This document shows positions 8,563-18,724 of a DNA stretch of 64,000 nucleotides, in pieces; within the stretch, counting starts at the first letter, position 1; every line of letters begins with the position of its first letter. Source of the stretch: an uncultured Acidobacteriota bacterium (GTDB lineage Bacteria; Acidobacteriota; Thermoanaerobaculia; Multivoradales; UBA5704). The notes under the pieces were generated by a model. That model searched no databases. It was not told the origin of the DNA and saw nothing but the letters and a program-made list of their open reading frames with translations. A program made the position numbers and the translations under genes. The stretch covers positions 768,001 to 832,000 of the forward strand of contig OY969474.1 in NCBI GenBank assembly GCA_963700145.1, in the 5' to 3' direction.

Positions 8563-10605
8563 ATGGCGCCCGCGCCCCGCCGCCCGCCGCTGCGGGCCCT
8601 CCGCCGTCTGCTGCTCGCCGCCCTCGTGGTGATCGTGGGCGGCATCGTGGCCCTCTTCCTCTTCGGCCGCTCGGGCAGGCAAGGAGTGCAGGGGCCGGCG
8701 CTCGAGCCGGTGGGGGAGACCGCCGGCGGGGAAGGCGCCACCCTGATCGGCGAGGACTTCGACTACACCTACACCGAGGGGAAGCGCCCGCTCTTCCGCA
8801 TCCGCGGCGACAGCATCCGCGCCGACCGCCAGGAGACGCTCTACCTCGACGGCGTCGGCTTGACGCTCTACGACGAGGAGGGGCAGGCCTACGAGGTGCA
8901 GAGCCGCGAGGCGAGCTTCAACCGGACGCAGAACGAGGGCCGCCTGCGCGGCCGGGTCTTCCTGCGCGGCCCGCACGGCCTCGAGCTGCGGACACCGGTC
9001 TTGCAGCTGCGCGACAAGGGGCGTCTCCTGGTGAGCACGCGGCCGGTCGAGCTGCGCTACGGTGGCGCCTACGTCGCCGAGGCGGCCCGCATCCGCGTCC
9101 ACCTGCCGCAGGAAGTCTTCGTGCTGGCCGGCAACGTCACCGTGCGCGGCGTCCCGGGCGGCGCGGCGGGTTTGACGGCGCCGGTCTTCCTGCGCGCCGG
9201 CCAGATCCTCTACGACCGCAACCGCCGGCTGCTGCGCTGCGAGCGGAAGGTCTTCATGCGGCGCGGCCAGGACGAGGTGCAGGCCGAGAAGGTCAACGCC
9301 TACCTGACGCAGGACGAGCGCTCGCTCGTCTTCCTGCGCGCCCTCTGGCAGCTCTCCGGGCGCACGGTCTCGACCCGCGCCGGCACCACGCCGACCCGCA
9401 TGCGCTTCACCGGCAACGACCTCTCCGTCCTCTTCCAGCCGTCGGCGCCGGGGCAGGGCCGGAGCGGGGTGGCGGCCAACCACGTCGAGCTGACCGCCCC
9501 GGCCCGCCAGCCGGTGCTGGTCGAGACGAGCGCGGCCGATGGTGTCGTCCGCACGCTGCGGGCGCCGCGCCTGGTCGGCCAGCTCGATCAGGGGGCGCTG
9601 GTGCAGGCCGACGCCGAGGGCGGCGTCCAGATGACCGAGGCGGGCGGCCGCCCGCCGCTCGCCCGCCGCGCCAGCGGCCGCCGCGCCGAGGCCCGCTTCC
9701 GCGCCGACGGCCAGCTCGCGGTGCTGACCCTCACCGAGCAGGTCCGCTTCCACGACCCGGAGGTGGACGCCGAAGGGGACCGCGCCGTCGTCGACCTCGA
9801 CGCCGGGCGCGGCGAGTTCTTCGGCGCGCCGGTGCGCGCCACCAGCGCGCGCGGCCGGATGCAGGGGCCGCACCTCGTCTACACCCGGCAGGACGGGCTC
9901 TTGCAGGCCGACGGCGGCGTGCGCGCCATGTTCGAGCGGGAGTCGGAGTCGGCAGAGCTCGCCGCCTCGCCGCTGGGCGAGGGGGAGGGGCCGGTGTGGG
10001 TGGAGTCGCGCGAGGCCTTCTGGCGCCAGCAGCCGCCGGGCTTCCTCTTCCGCGGCGACGTCCGCGCCTGGCAGGGGGAGAGCCTGCTGCGCGCCGCCGA
10101 GCTGCGCGGCGACGAGCAGGGCGAGAAGCGGCTCACCGCCAAGGGCGGGGTGAAGAGCCTCTGGGTGCCGGCGAAGGAGCCCGGAAAGCAGCGGGGCGCG
10201 GCGCCGGCCGCGGCGGCGGGCGGCAAAGGGGACCAAGGTCCCATCGAGGTCACCGCCGACGAGCTGCTCTACCGCGAGACCGCCGGCGTCCTGACCTACA
10301 CCGGCAACGTCCGCGTCGAGCAGCAGGCGCGCACCCTGGTCTGTAGGGCGTTGGAGGTGGAGCTGGACGAGGACGGAGGGGCCGAGCGGATGACCTGCAC
10401 CGGCGACGCCAAGCTCACCGACACCGTGGCGGGCCGGACGATCGAAGGGGAGCGCGCGATCTACCGCCTGGACGAGCGGCGGATCGAGATGTTCGGCACG
10501 CCGGTCGCGGTGCGCGACCGCGACGGCAACCGGGTGCAGGGCAAGCGCCTCGACTACTACGTCGACGACGGCCGGGTCGAGGTGCGCGGGCGGGGGGAGC
10601 CGTGA
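8563..10605 (+). CDS. LPS export LptC/LptA(OstA)-like long beta-jellyroll protein
   Basis: N-terminal TM anchor, repeated L.G.V.. beta-strand units, [10 protein letters not shown]...YTGNVRVEQ OstA-like motif; directly upstream of lptB. Confidence 0.75.
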   Translation: MAPAPRRPPLRALRRLLLAALVVIVGGIVALFLFGRSGRQGVQGPALEPVGETAGGEGATLIGEDFDYTYTEGKRPLFRIRGDSIRADRQETLYLDGVGLTLYDEEGQAYEVQSREASFNRTQNEGRLRGRVFLRGPHGLELRTPVLQLRDKGRLLVSTRPVELRYGGAYVAEAARIRVHLPQEVFVLAGNVTVRGVPGGAAGLTAPVFLRAGQILYDRNRRLLRCERKVFMRRGQDEVQAEKVNAYLTQDERSLVFLRALWQLSGRTVSTRAGTTPTRMRFTGNDLSVLFQPSAPGQGRSGVAANHVELTAPARQPVLVETSAADGVVRTLRAPRLVGQLDQGALVQADAEGGVQMTEAGGRPPLARRASGRRAEARFRADGQLAVLTLTEQVRFHDPEVDAEGDRAVVDLDAGRGEFFGAPVRATSARGRMQGPHLVYTRQDGLLQADGGVRAMFERESESAELAASPLGEGEGPVWVESREAFWRQQPPGFLFRGDVRAWQGESLLRAAELRGDEQGEKRLTAKGGVKSLWVPAKEPGKQRGAAPAAAAGGKGDQGPIEVTADELLYRETAGVLTYTGNVRVEQQARTLVCRALEVELDEDGGAERMTCTGDAKLTDTVAGRTIEGERAIYRLDERRIEMFGTPVAVRDRDGNRVQGKRLDYYVDDGRVEVRGRGEP

Positions 10606-11342
10606 ACGAAAACGGCCGGCCGCAAAGCCTTTCCACCCGCGACTTGCAGAAGGTCTACCGCGGCCGGGCCGTGGTGCAGGACGTGTCGATCGACGTCGCG
10701 CCGGGGGAGATCGTCGGGCTCCTCGGCCCCAACGGCGCGGGGAAGACCACGACTTTCTACATGGTTGTAGGGTTGACCCCTCCGGACGCCGGCAGCGTCT
10801 TCCTGGGGGAGGAGGACATCACCGAGCTGCCGATGTACGTGCGCGCCCAACGCGGCATCAGCTACCTGCCGCAGGAGCCCTCGATCTTCCGCAAGATGTC
10901 GGTCGAGGACAACCTGCGGGCGATCTTCGAGACGCTGGACCTGTCGCACGCCGAGCAGGAGCGGCGCATCGACCAGCTGATCACCGACTTCGGCCTCGGC
11001 AAGGTGCGCAAGAGCCGGGGCTACTCGCTCTCCGGGGGCGAGCGCCGGCGCGTCGAGATCGCGCGCGCCCTGGTCATCAGTCCCTGGTATATCCTTCTCG
11101 ACGAGCCGTTCGCGGGGATCGACCCGATCGCCGTGCTCGACATCCAGGGCATCATCCGGCACCTCAAGTCGATGGGTATCGGCGTCCTGATCACCGACCA
11201 CAACGTGCGGGAAACATTGAAGATCACCGATCGGGCCTATATCATCAACAACGGCGGCATCCTGCGCTCCGGCACCCCCTCCGACCTGGCCTCCGATCCG
11301 CAGGTGCGGAAGATCTACCTGGGCGAAGACTTCCGGCTGTAG
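10602..11342 (+). CDS. lptB: LPS export ABC transporter ATP-binding protein
   Basis: [54 protein letters not shown]. Confidence 0.97.
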   Translation: MNENGRPQSLSTRDLQKVYRGRAVVQDVSIDVAPGEIVGLLGPNGAGKTTTFYMVVGLTPPDAGSVFLGEEDITELPMYVRAQRGISYLPQEPSIFRKMSVEDNLRAIFETLDLSHAEQERRIDQLITDFGLGKVRKSRGYSLSGGERRRVEIARALVISPWYILLDEPFAGIDPIAVLDIQGIIRHLKSMGIGVLITDHNVRETLKITDRAYIINNGGILRSGTPSDLASDPQVRKIYLGEDFRL

Positions 11343-11357
11343 AGCCCCCTTCAGACG

Positions 11358-12830
11358 ATGGCACTGGAACAGAAACTCTCGCTCAAGCTGGCGCAGAAGC
11401 TGGTGATGACGCCGTCGCTGCAGCAGGCGATCAAGCTGCTGCAGATGACGCGCATGGAGCTCGAGACGCTGCTCACCCAGGAGCTGGTCGAGAACCCGGT
11501 GCTGGAGGAGAACGAGGCGACGCCCGAGGAGGAGGCCCCGGCGGAGGAGGAGCGGCCGCAGGAGGCGGCGGCGAACGGCGACACCCCCGACCACGCCGAG
11601 TCGATGGAGAACATCGACCTCGACGCCTACTTCGGCGACTACTGGGAGAGCTCGGCCTATTCCTCGATGGCCGAGGAGCGCGAAGACCCGCCGATCGAGA
11701 ACAGCCTCAGCCGCGAGCCCGACCTCTACGACCACCTGCTTTGGCAGCTCCACATGGCCGAGGTGCCGCCGCGGCTGCGCGAGATCGGCGAGCTGATCAT
11801 CGGCAACCTGAACCCCGACGGGTTCCTCGCCGCCACCGCCGAAGAGATCCAGGCGATGGGCGATCCGATCGAGGCGGGGGAGGAGTCGGGCCGGGCCTAC
11901 ACCCTCGACGAGGTCCACCAGGCCCTCGAGCTGATCCGCAGCTTCGACCCGCCCGGCATCGCCTGCCGCGACCTCCGGGAGAGCCTGCTGCGCCAGCTCG
12001 ACGTCCTCGGAATCGGGGACGACGATCTTGCCCGCCGCGTCGTCGCCGAGGCCTGGGACCTCTTCCTGCGCCGCCAGTTCCCGGCGGTGGCCAAGAAGCT
12101 GGGGGTGGAGCTCGCCGAGCTGGAGCCGGCGGTCGAGCTGATCCGCAGCCTCGAGACCCAGCCGGGCCGGAAGTTCTCGACCGAGCGCACCCACTACATC
12201 GAGCCTGACGTCTTCGTCCGCCGGGTGGGCGACGAGTACGTCATCCAGCTCAACGACGACGGCCTGCCGCGCCTGCGCGTCAGCCGCGCCTACCGCCGCA
12301 TGCTCCAGACCATGCGCAGCGAGGGCCGGCAGAGCGAGGCGCAGCAGTTCATCAAGGACAAGATCCGCTCGGCGGTGTGGCTGATCAAGAGCCTGGATCA
12401 GCGGCAGCGGACGATCTACAAGGTGGCGGCCTCGATCATCCGCCAGCAGCGCGAGTTCCTCGACCAGGGCATCGAGTACCTGCGGCCGATGGTGCTGCGC
12501 GACGTTGCCGAAGACATCAGCATGCACGAGTCCACGGTCAGCCGCGTCGTCTCCAACAAGTACATGCACACGCCGCGCGGACTCTTCCCGATGAAGTTCT
12601 TCTTCCACAGCGGCATCGACCGCGAGTACGGCGAGAACATCTCGTCGCTGACGGTGAAGCGCAAGATCGAGCAGCTCATCCAGGCCGAGGACCCGAAGCG
12701 GCCGCTCTCCGACAGCGAGCTCATGCGGATCCTCAACCGCGAGGGGATCCAGATCGCCCGCCGCACGGTGGCCAAGTACCGCGACGAGCTCTCCATCCCG
12801 TCCTCGACCGACCGCAAGCAGATCTTCTAA
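11358..12830 (+). CDS. rpoN: RNA polymerase sigma-54 factor
   Basis: MTPSLQQAIKLLQM region I, HESTVSR, RpoN box ARRTVAKYR. Confidence 0.98.
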   Translation: MALEQKLSLKLAQKLVMTPSLQQAIKLLQMTRMELETLLTQELVENPVLEENEATPEEEAPAEEERPQEAAANGDTPDHAESMENIDLDAYFGDYWESSAYSSMAEEREDPPIENSLSREPDLYDHLLWQLHMAEVPPRLREIGELIIGNLNPDGFLAATAEEIQAMGDPIEAGEESGRAYTLDEVHQALELIRSFDPPGIACRDLRESLLRQLDVLGIGDDDLARRVVAEAWDLFLRRQFPAVAKKLGVELAELEPAVELIRSLETQPGRKFSTERTHYIEPDVFVRRVGDEYVIQLNDDGLPRLRVSRAYRRMLQTMRSEGRQSEAQQFIKDKIRSAVWLIKSLDQRQRTIYKVAASIIRQQREFLDQGIEYLRPMVLRDVAEDISMHESTVSRVVSNKYMHTPRGLFPMKFFFHSGIDREYGENISSLTVKRKIEQLIQAEDPKRPLSDSELMRILNREGIQIARRTVAKYRDELSIPSSTDRKQIF

Positions 12831-12856
12831 GGCACGCGGCGACCAGGGAGACCACG

Positions 12857-13402
12857 ATGAACATCGAGTACATCGGCCGCAACTTCCACATCGACGACCG
12901 CCTCCGCGAGCACATCGCCGAGCGGCTGGAGAAGCTGAGCCGCTTCCTCGACGAGCCGATCGAGGGGCGGGTGACGCTGGAGGTCGAGAAGCACCGCCAC
13001 CGGGCCGAGATCCACCTCACCCACCGCTTCGGCGTCCTGACCGCCACCGAGGAGACCGACGGCACGATGCTCGACGCCGTCAACCTCGCCGCCGAGAAGA
13101 TCGAGCAGCAGGCCCGCCGCGTCCACAAGAAAGTGGTCGACAAGCGCCGGCGCGGCGACCGCAACGGCCACCGCTGGCCGCTCGACATCCTGGAGCGGGA
13201 GAGCGTCGAGGGCGGCGGGACGCCGCGGGTGATCTCCTCCACCCACCTGCAGATCAAGCCGATGACGATCGAAGAGGCGGCGCTGCTGCTGGAGGAGTCG
13301 AAGAACGAGTTCGTCGTCTTCCGCGACGCGAGCAGCGACCGGGTGGCCGTCCTCTACAAGCGCAAGGACAATAATTACGGACTGATTGCTCCGGAGTTTT
13401 GA
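12857..13402 (+). CDS. hpf: Long ribosome hibernation promoting factor
   Basis: MNIEYIGRN N-domain and KPMTIEEA...VLYKRKDNNYGLI C-domain; follows rpoN. Confidence 0.93.
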   Translation: MNIEYIGRNFHIDDRLREHIAERLEKLSRFLDEPIEGRVTLEVEKHRHRAEIHLTHRFGVLTATEETDGTMLDAVNLAAEKIEQQARRVHKKVVDKRRRGDRNGHRWPLDILERESVEGGGTPRVISSTHLQIKPMTIEEAALLLEESKNEFVVFRDASSDRVAVLYKRKDNNYGLIAPEF

Positions 13403-13536
13403 GGTGCCCTCTGTCTGCGGGTTTGCCTTTGGCCACCCACCCGCAAAGGCGATTGACTCCGATACCCCCTCCCCGGCCCTCCCCCGCTGCGCGGTGGAGG
13501 GAGGAACGTCCGCGCTCCGCCCCGGCGCCTAGCTCG

Positions 13537-13989
13537 ATGCGCCTGGAGGCCCTCACCCGGCCGGAGCTGATCCTGCCGCAGCTCGCCGCCGCCGACGCCG
13601 AGGGCGTGCTGCGCGAGGTCGCCGACGAGATCGCCGCCGCCGGCTTGGTGCCCGACGCCGACGAGCTCTTCCAGAAGCTCGCCGAGCGCGAGCGGCTCGG
13701 CTCGACGGCGGTGGGGGGCGGGGTGGCGATCCCGCACTGCAAGCTGCGCGGCCTCGGGCAGGCGGTCGTGGCCATCGGGCGGGTCGAGCCGGGCATCGAC
13801 TTCGGCGCCGCCGACGGCGAGCCGGTGCGCGCCTTCTTCGTCGTCGTCTCCCCCTCCGAGGCGCCGGCCGAGCACCTGCGGGTGCTGTCGACGGTCGCGC
13901 GCTGGATCAAGGGGAAGGAGAACGTCGAGCAGCTCCTGGCGCTCGAGGACCGCGACCGCCTCTGGGAGCTGCTGGGAGGGGGGCGGTGA
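13537..13989 (+). CDS. ptsN: PTS EIIA-Ntr-like component
   Basis: RERLGSTAVGGGVAIPHC, IDFGAADGEPV, HLRVLS. Confidence 0.9.
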   Translation: MRLEALTRPELILPQLAAADAEGVLREVADEIAAAGLVPDADELFQKLAERERLGSTAVGGGVAIPHCKLRGLGQAVVAIGRVEPGIDFGAADGEPVRAFFVVVSPSEAPAEHLRVLSTVARWIKGKENVEQLLALEDRDRLWELLGGGR

Positions 13990-14948
13990 GCGAGGAGCGC
14001 TGGGTCGCGGTGGCGGAGATCCTGGGCGACGAGCTCTCCGAGCTCCACCTCCGCGTCCTCTCCGGCGAAACCCATCTCGACAACCGGATCGTCAACCCGC
14101 GGGTGCAGAAGCCGGGGCTCGCCTTCGCCGGCTACTACGCCTACATCAAGCCGGGGCGGGTGCAGATCATCGGCGAGAGCGAGACCGAGTACCTGAAGAC
14201 CCTCGACGCCGAGGAGCGGCAGGAGCGCTTCGACCGGATCACCGCGCTGCCGGTGCCGGTCTTCGTCATCACCAAGGGGATCGAGCCGCTGCCGGGCTTC
14301 CTGCGCGCCTGCCAGGAGCGGGAGCTGCCGGTCCTCTCCTCGACGTCCCTCTCCTCGACGGTCATCAAGGAGATCAGCTACTTCCTCGAAGACCACCTGG
14401 TCCCCTCGACCACGCTGCACGGCGTGCTGCTCGAGATCTACGGCATCGGGGTGCTGTTGATCGGCGAGAGCGGGGTGGGCAAGAGCGAGTCGGCGCTCGA
14501 CCTCATCTCCCGCGGCCACAGCCTGGTGGCCGACGACCGGGTGACCGTGCGCCGCTACCCCAACGGCGAGCTGGTGGGCTACTCGGAGGGGCCGCTGCGC
14601 CACCACATGGAGCTGCGCGGCATCGGCATCATCAACGTGCAGGACCTCTTCGGCCTGGCGGCGGTGCGCGAGCGCGCGCCGATCGACCTGGTCATCGAGC
14701 TCGAGCACTGGCAGGCCGGCCAGGCGTACGACCGCCTGGGCCTCGACGAGACCCTGTTCCCGATCCTGGACACCCCCTGCCCCTACATCCGCATGCCGAT
14801 CGCGCTGGGGCGCAACGTCAGCATCCTGGTCGAGATCGCGGCGCGCAACCACGTGCTCAAGCTCCAGGGACACCACTCCGCGCGTGAGTTCGCCCGCAAG
14901 CTCGAGGAGCAGCTTGAGCGCAACCGCAACCGACAGCTCGAAGGCTGA
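13986..14948 (+). CDS. hprK: HPr(Ser) kinase/phosphorylase
   Basis: GESGVGKSESAL, LVADD, MELRGIGII, EIAARN. Confidence 0.96.
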   Translation: MSEERWVAVAEILGDELSELHLRVLSGETHLDNRIVNPRVQKPGLAFAGYYAYIKPGRVQIIGESETEYLKTLDAEERQERFDRITALPVPVFVITKGIEPLPGFLRACQERELPVLSSTSLSSTVIKEISYFLEDHLVPSTTLHGVLLEIYGIGVLLIGESGVGKSESALDLISRGHSLVADDRVTVRRYPNGELVGYSEGPLRHHMELRGIGIINVQDLFGLAAVRERAPIDLVIELEHWQAGQAYDRLGLDETLFPILDTPCPYIRMPIALGRNVSILVEIAARNHVLKLQGHHSAREFARKLEEQLERNRNRQLEG

Positions 14949-15813
14949 GGAGAAGACGAAGCTGGTGCTCATCACCGGCCTCTCGGGGTCGGGGAAGAGC
15001 AGCGTCGCCAAGTGCTTCGAGGACCTCAACTACTACACGGTCGACAACCTGCCGCTGCCGCTGCTGCGGCAGTTCCTCGACAGCCCGCAGGAGCTGGCGC
15101 GCGGCTACGGCCGCATCGCGGTGGTGACCGACGTGCGCGCCCCCGGCTTCGCCGAGGAGTTCCCGCGCCTGCTCGGCGCCCTCGACCGCGAGCGGATCGA
15201 GGTGGCGCTGCTCTTCCTGGAGGCCTCCGACGAGGTGCTGGTGCGGCGCTTCTCGGAGACCCGCCGCCCGCACCCGCTGGCCCCCGACGAGCCGGTCATC
15301 GCCGGCATCCGCCGCGAGCGCGAGCTCTTGGCCGAGCTGCGGGCGCGCGCCGACATGGTGCTCGACACCAGCGCCTGGTCGATCCACGAGATCCGCAGCC
15401 AGGTCTTCCGCGAGTTCGCCACCCACCCGGGGGAGGCCGCCGGCATGGTGGTCTCGCTCGTCTCCTTCGGCTTCAAGCACGGCATCCCCTACGGCAGCGA
15501 CCTGGTCTTCGACGTGCGCTTCCTCTGCAACCCGCATTTCGTGCCGGGGCTGCGCGAGCGCACCGGGCAGGACCCGGAGGTCGAGGAATATCTCCTCCGG
15601 GAGCCCGATTACGAGGAGGTGGTGGCCCGGGTGGCCGACCTGCTGCTCTTCCTGCTGCCGCGCTACCGCAAGGAGAACCGGAGCTACGTCACCGTCGCGG
15701 TCGGCTGCACGGGCGGACGGCACCGGTCGGTCGCGGTCTGCGAGCGGCTGCGGACGCGCCTGGAGGAGGGCGGTTGGCCGGCGCGGTGCGTCCACCGCGA
15801 CCTGGCCCGATAA
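14914..15813 (+). CDS. rapZ: RNase adapter protein RapZ
   Basis: ITGLSGSGKS, VDNLP, RRFSETRRPHPL, SFGFKHG, GCTGGRHRSV. TTG start at 14914 chosen for its GAGGAG RBS. Confidence 0.95.
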   Translation: MSATATDSSKAEEKTKLVLITGLSGSGKSSVAKCFEDLNYYTVDNLPLPLLRQFLDSPQELARGYGRIAVVTDVRAPGFAEEFPRLLGALDRERIEVALLFLEASDEVLVRRFSETRRPHPLAPDEPVIAGIRRERELLAELRARADMVLDTSAWSIHEIRSQVFREFATHPGEAAGMVVSLVSFGFKHGIPYGSDLVFDVRFLCNPHFVPGLRERTGQDPEVEEYLLREPDYEEVVARVADLLLFLLPRYRKENRSYVTVAVGCTGGRHRSVAVCERLRTRLEEGGWPARCVHRDLAR

Positions 15814-15848
15814 GGCGCTACCATAGCCGGCGGCTTCGCCCCACGACC

Positions 15849-16289
15849 ATGATCGGCACCCTGATCCTCACGCACGGCGGGATGGCGCGCGAGCTGCTCG
15901 CCTCGGCGAACGTCATCGTCGGGCCGATGCCCAACTTCGAGGCCCTGTCCCTGGAGTGGGGGGACTGCTTCGACGACGCGCAGGCCAAGATCCGCGAGGC
16001 GCTCGGCCGGCTCGAGCAGGGCGAGGGGGTGCTGATCCTCACCGACATGTTCGGCGGCACGCCGTGCAACCTGGCGGTCAAGTTCCAGAGCCCGGGGCAC
16101 GTCGAGGTGATCGGCGGCGTCAACCTGCCGATGGTGCTGCGGCTGGCCGGCCTGCGCGACGACGGCATGACGCTCGCCGAGGTCGCGCGCTGGCTGCAGG
16201 TCAAGGGGCAGCGGAGCATCTGCCTGGCGAGCGACGTGCTCGAGAGCCCGGCGGAATCCGACGGCGGCGACCGGCGCGCGGGCGGTTGA
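15849..16289 (+). CDS. PTS EIIA, mannose/fructose family
   Basis: LILTHG, LTDMFGGTPCN, GVNLPM. Confidence 0.92.
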   Translation: MIGTLILTHGGMARELLASANVIVGPMPNFEALSLEWGDCFDDAQAKIREALGRLEQGEGVLILTDMFGGTPCNLAVKFQSPGHVEVIGGVNLPMVLRLAGLRDDGMTLAEVARWLQVKGQRSICLASDVLESPAESDGGDRRAGG

Positions 16290-16294
16290 GCGGG

Positions 16295-16564
16295 GTGGTC
16301 GAGAAGGAGGTCGAGATCGTCAACCGCCTCGGTCTCCACGCCCGTGCCGCGGCCAAGCTGGTGCAGGCCGCCTCGGCCTTTCGCAGCCGCGTGCTGCTGG
16401 TGACCGACGACGAGGAGGTGGATGCCAAGAGCATCCTCGGGCTCCTGCTGCTGGCCGCCGCCCAGGGCACCCGGCTGCGAGTGCGCTGCGAGGGGCCGGA
16501 CGAGGAGGAGGCGCTGGCGGCGGTCGCGGCGCTGATCGCCAACCGATTCGAGGAGGAGAGTTGA
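16295..16564 (+). CDS. ptsH: Phosphocarrier protein HPr
   Basis: NRLGLHARAAAKLV (His15) and DAKSILGLL (Ser46 equivalent). Confidence 0.95.
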   Translation: MVEKEVEIVNRLGLHARAAAKLVQAASAFRSRVLLVTDDEEVDAKSILGLLLLAAAQGTRLRVRCEGPDEEEALAAVAALIANRFEEES

Positions 16565-18411
16565 GCAGCTCGCACGACGACCGGATGCAGGTCCTCAGGG
16601 GCATCGGTGTCTCGCCGGGGATCGCCATCGGCCGCGCCGTCTCGATCGAGACGCGGACGGGGGAGATCTACCGCTTCACCCTGCCGGAGGCCGAGGTGGA
16701 GGCCGAGGTCGCGCGCCTGCACGAGGCGGTCGAGCACGCGCAGAAAGAGCTGCGGCGCATCCGCGAAAAGGCCGGCACCGAGCTGGGCAAGGAGCTGGCG
16801 GGCATCTTCGACGCCCACCTCCTGCTGATGAAGGACCCCGGCTTCCTGGGCAGGATCGAGGACCGCATCCGCGGCAAGCGGGTCAACGCCGAGTGGGCGG
16901 TGCAGAAGACGGCGGCGGAGCTCGACGAGCGCTTCGCCCAGATCGACGACCAGTACTTGCGCGGGCGCAGCGAAGACCTCACCGACGTCAGCCGCCACAT
17001 CCTGCGCAGCCTGCAGGGCATCGACCACCACGAGCTGTCCGAGATCGGCGAAGACGTGGTCATCGTCGCCGACGACCTGACGCCGGCCGACGCCGTCCGC
17101 CTGGGCCGGGAGCGGGTGGTGGGGTTCGTGATGGAGACCGGGGGCCGCACCTCGCACACCGCGATCATCGCGCGCTCCCTGCACCGCGCCGCGGTGGCGG
17201 GGGTCGAGGGGATCTCGCAGCTCAACCTCGACGAGGTGCCGGTCGTCGTCGACGGCGAGCGCGGCGAGGTGGTCATCCACCCGACGCCGGCCGTGCTGAC
17301 GCGCTACCGGCGCCGGCGCGACGAGCTGGACCGGGAGGAAGAGACGCTCCTCGCCACGGCGAAGCTGGAGGCGGTGACGCGCGACGGGGTGGCGGTGTCG
17401 CTGATGGCCAACATCGACCTCCCCGAGGAGCTTGCCGAGGTCCGCGCCTTCGGCTCGTGCGGCATCGGCCTCTACCGCAGCGAGTTCCTCTACATCGAGA
17501 AGAGCCCGGAACTGCCGAGCGAGGAGGAGCATGTCGAGCTCTACCGCCGGCTGGTCGAGGCCGCGGCGCCCGAGCCGGCGATCATCCGCACCTACGACCT
17601 CGGCGGGCGGAAGCTCGCCCGCGAGCTGATGGCGACGCACGAGGACAACCCGGTCCTCGGCCTGCGCGGCATCCGCTTGACGCTCCGCCGCCCGGACATC
17701 TTCAAGACCCAGCTCCGGGCCCTGCTGCGCGCCGCCCTCCACGGCGACCTCTGGATGCTGCTGCCGATGGTCAGCACGGTGGGGGAGGTGCGCCGCTTCC
17801 GAGCGCTCTTGGAAGAGGTGATGGCCGAGCTGGAGGCGGAGGGGACCCCGTTCCGCCGCGACGTGCCGCTCGGCGTGATGATCGAGGTGCCGGCGGCGGC
17901 GATGACCGCCGACCTGCTGGCGCGCGAGGTCGACTTCTTCTCGATCGGCACCAACGACCTGATCCAGTACGCGCTCGCCGTCGACCGCAACAACGAGCAC
18001 GTGGCCGACCTCTACCAGCCGCTTCATCCGGCCATCCTGCGCATGCTACGCTTCGTCCTCGACAGCGCGCGCGACGCCGGCATCGAGGTCAGCCTCTGCG
18101 GCGAGATGGCCGCCGACCCGCGCTGTGCTTCGCTGCTCGTCGGCCTCGGCCTTCGGCGGCTGTCGATGAGCCCGCGGGCGATCCCGGAGGTGAAGACCCG
18201 CATCCGGGAGCTCGCCGCCGGGGAGCTCGCCGAGCTTGCCGAGCGCTGCGCGCGGCTGGCCACGGCGGACGAGGTGCTGCAGCAGGTGGACGCCTACCTC
18301 GCCGCCAGCGTCCGTCCCGCCGCCGCCGGCCGCCGGCGGGCGGTTGTCGCCGAGGAGAAGGACCCGCATGCGCCTGCCGATCCGACGCGTCGAGAAGCCC
18401 TGGGGTTATGA
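16561..18411 (+). CDS. ptsI: PEP-protein phosphotransferase (Enzyme I)
   Basis: GGRTSHTAIIARS, GIGLYRSEFL, NPVLGLRGIR, FSIGTNDLIQY, CGEMA. Alternative start at ATG 16585. Confidence 0.97.
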   Translation: MSSSHDDRMQVLRGIGVSPGIAIGRAVSIETRTGEIYRFTLPEAEVEAEVARLHEAVEHAQKELRRIREKAGTELGKELAGIFDAHLLLMKDPGFLGRIEDRIRGKRVNAEWAVQKTAAELDERFAQIDDQYLRGRSEDLTDVSRHILRSLQGIDHHELSEIGEDVVIVADDLTPADAVRLGRERVVGFVMETGGRTSHTAIIARSLHRAAVAGVEGISQLNLDEVPVVVDGERGEVVIHPTPAVLTRYRRRRDELDREEETLLATAKLEAVTRDGVAVSLMANIDLPEELAEVRAFGSCGIGLYRSEFLYIEKSPELPSEEEHVELYRRLVEAAAPEPAIIRTYDLGGRKLARELMATHEDNPVLGLRGIRLTLRRPDIFKTQLRALLRAALHGDLWMLLPMVSTVGEVRRFRALLEEVMAELEAEGTPFRRDVPLGVMIEVPAAAMTADLLAREVDFFSIGTNDLIQYALAVDRNNEHVADLYQPLHPAILRMLRFVLDSARDAGIEVSLCGEMAADPRCASLLVGLGLRRLSMSPRAIPEVKTRIRELAAGELAELAERCARLATADEVLQQVDAYLAASVRPAAAGRRRAVVAEEKDPHAPADPTRREALGL

Positions 18412-18724
18412 GCTGATCTTCGCCCACACCGACCGCTACGTCGGCAAGATCCTCCACGTGAACCCGGGCGAGGCCCTCTCGCTCCAGTACCACGAGAAGA
18501 AGGACGAGACCCTCTACCTCGCCGAGGGGGAGGTCGAGCTGGTCGTGGAAGAGGACGGGGAGCTCCGCCACACGACGCTGCGGGCGGGGGAGTCCTACCG
18601 CATCGTCCCGTTCACCCGCCACCGCATGGTGGGGGGCGCGGCGGGGTGCGACATCATCGAGGTTTCGACGCCCGAGCTGGACGATGTCGTGCGGCTGGAG
18701 GACCGGTATGGCCGTGCGGGGTAG
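18368..18724 (+). CDS. Cupin protein, mannose-6-phosphate isomerase type II C-terminal-like
   Basis: VEKPWGYE, LSLQYHEKKDET, HRM, EVSTPELDDVVRLEDRYGR. Confidence 0.88.
   Translation: MRLPIRRVEKPWGYELIFAHTDRYVGKILHVNPGEALSLQYHEKKDETLYLAEGEVELVVEEDGELRHTTLRAGESYRIVPFTRHRMVGGAAGCDIIEVSTPELDDVVRLEDRYGRAG

Noticed and set aside
6652-10346. Very long alternative-frame or antisense ORFs (6652-10236, 6843-10346; also 52580-56668, 52636-57015, 42862-44580)
   Set aside because: Shadow ORFs caused by high GC and codon bias; Arg/Ala/Gly/Pro-rich and overlapping well-supported genes.
11358-18411. rpoN-hpf-ptsN-hprK-rapZ-EIIA-ptsH-ptsI cluster as a novel system
   Set aside because: This is a well-known regulatory PTS arrangement without permeases.
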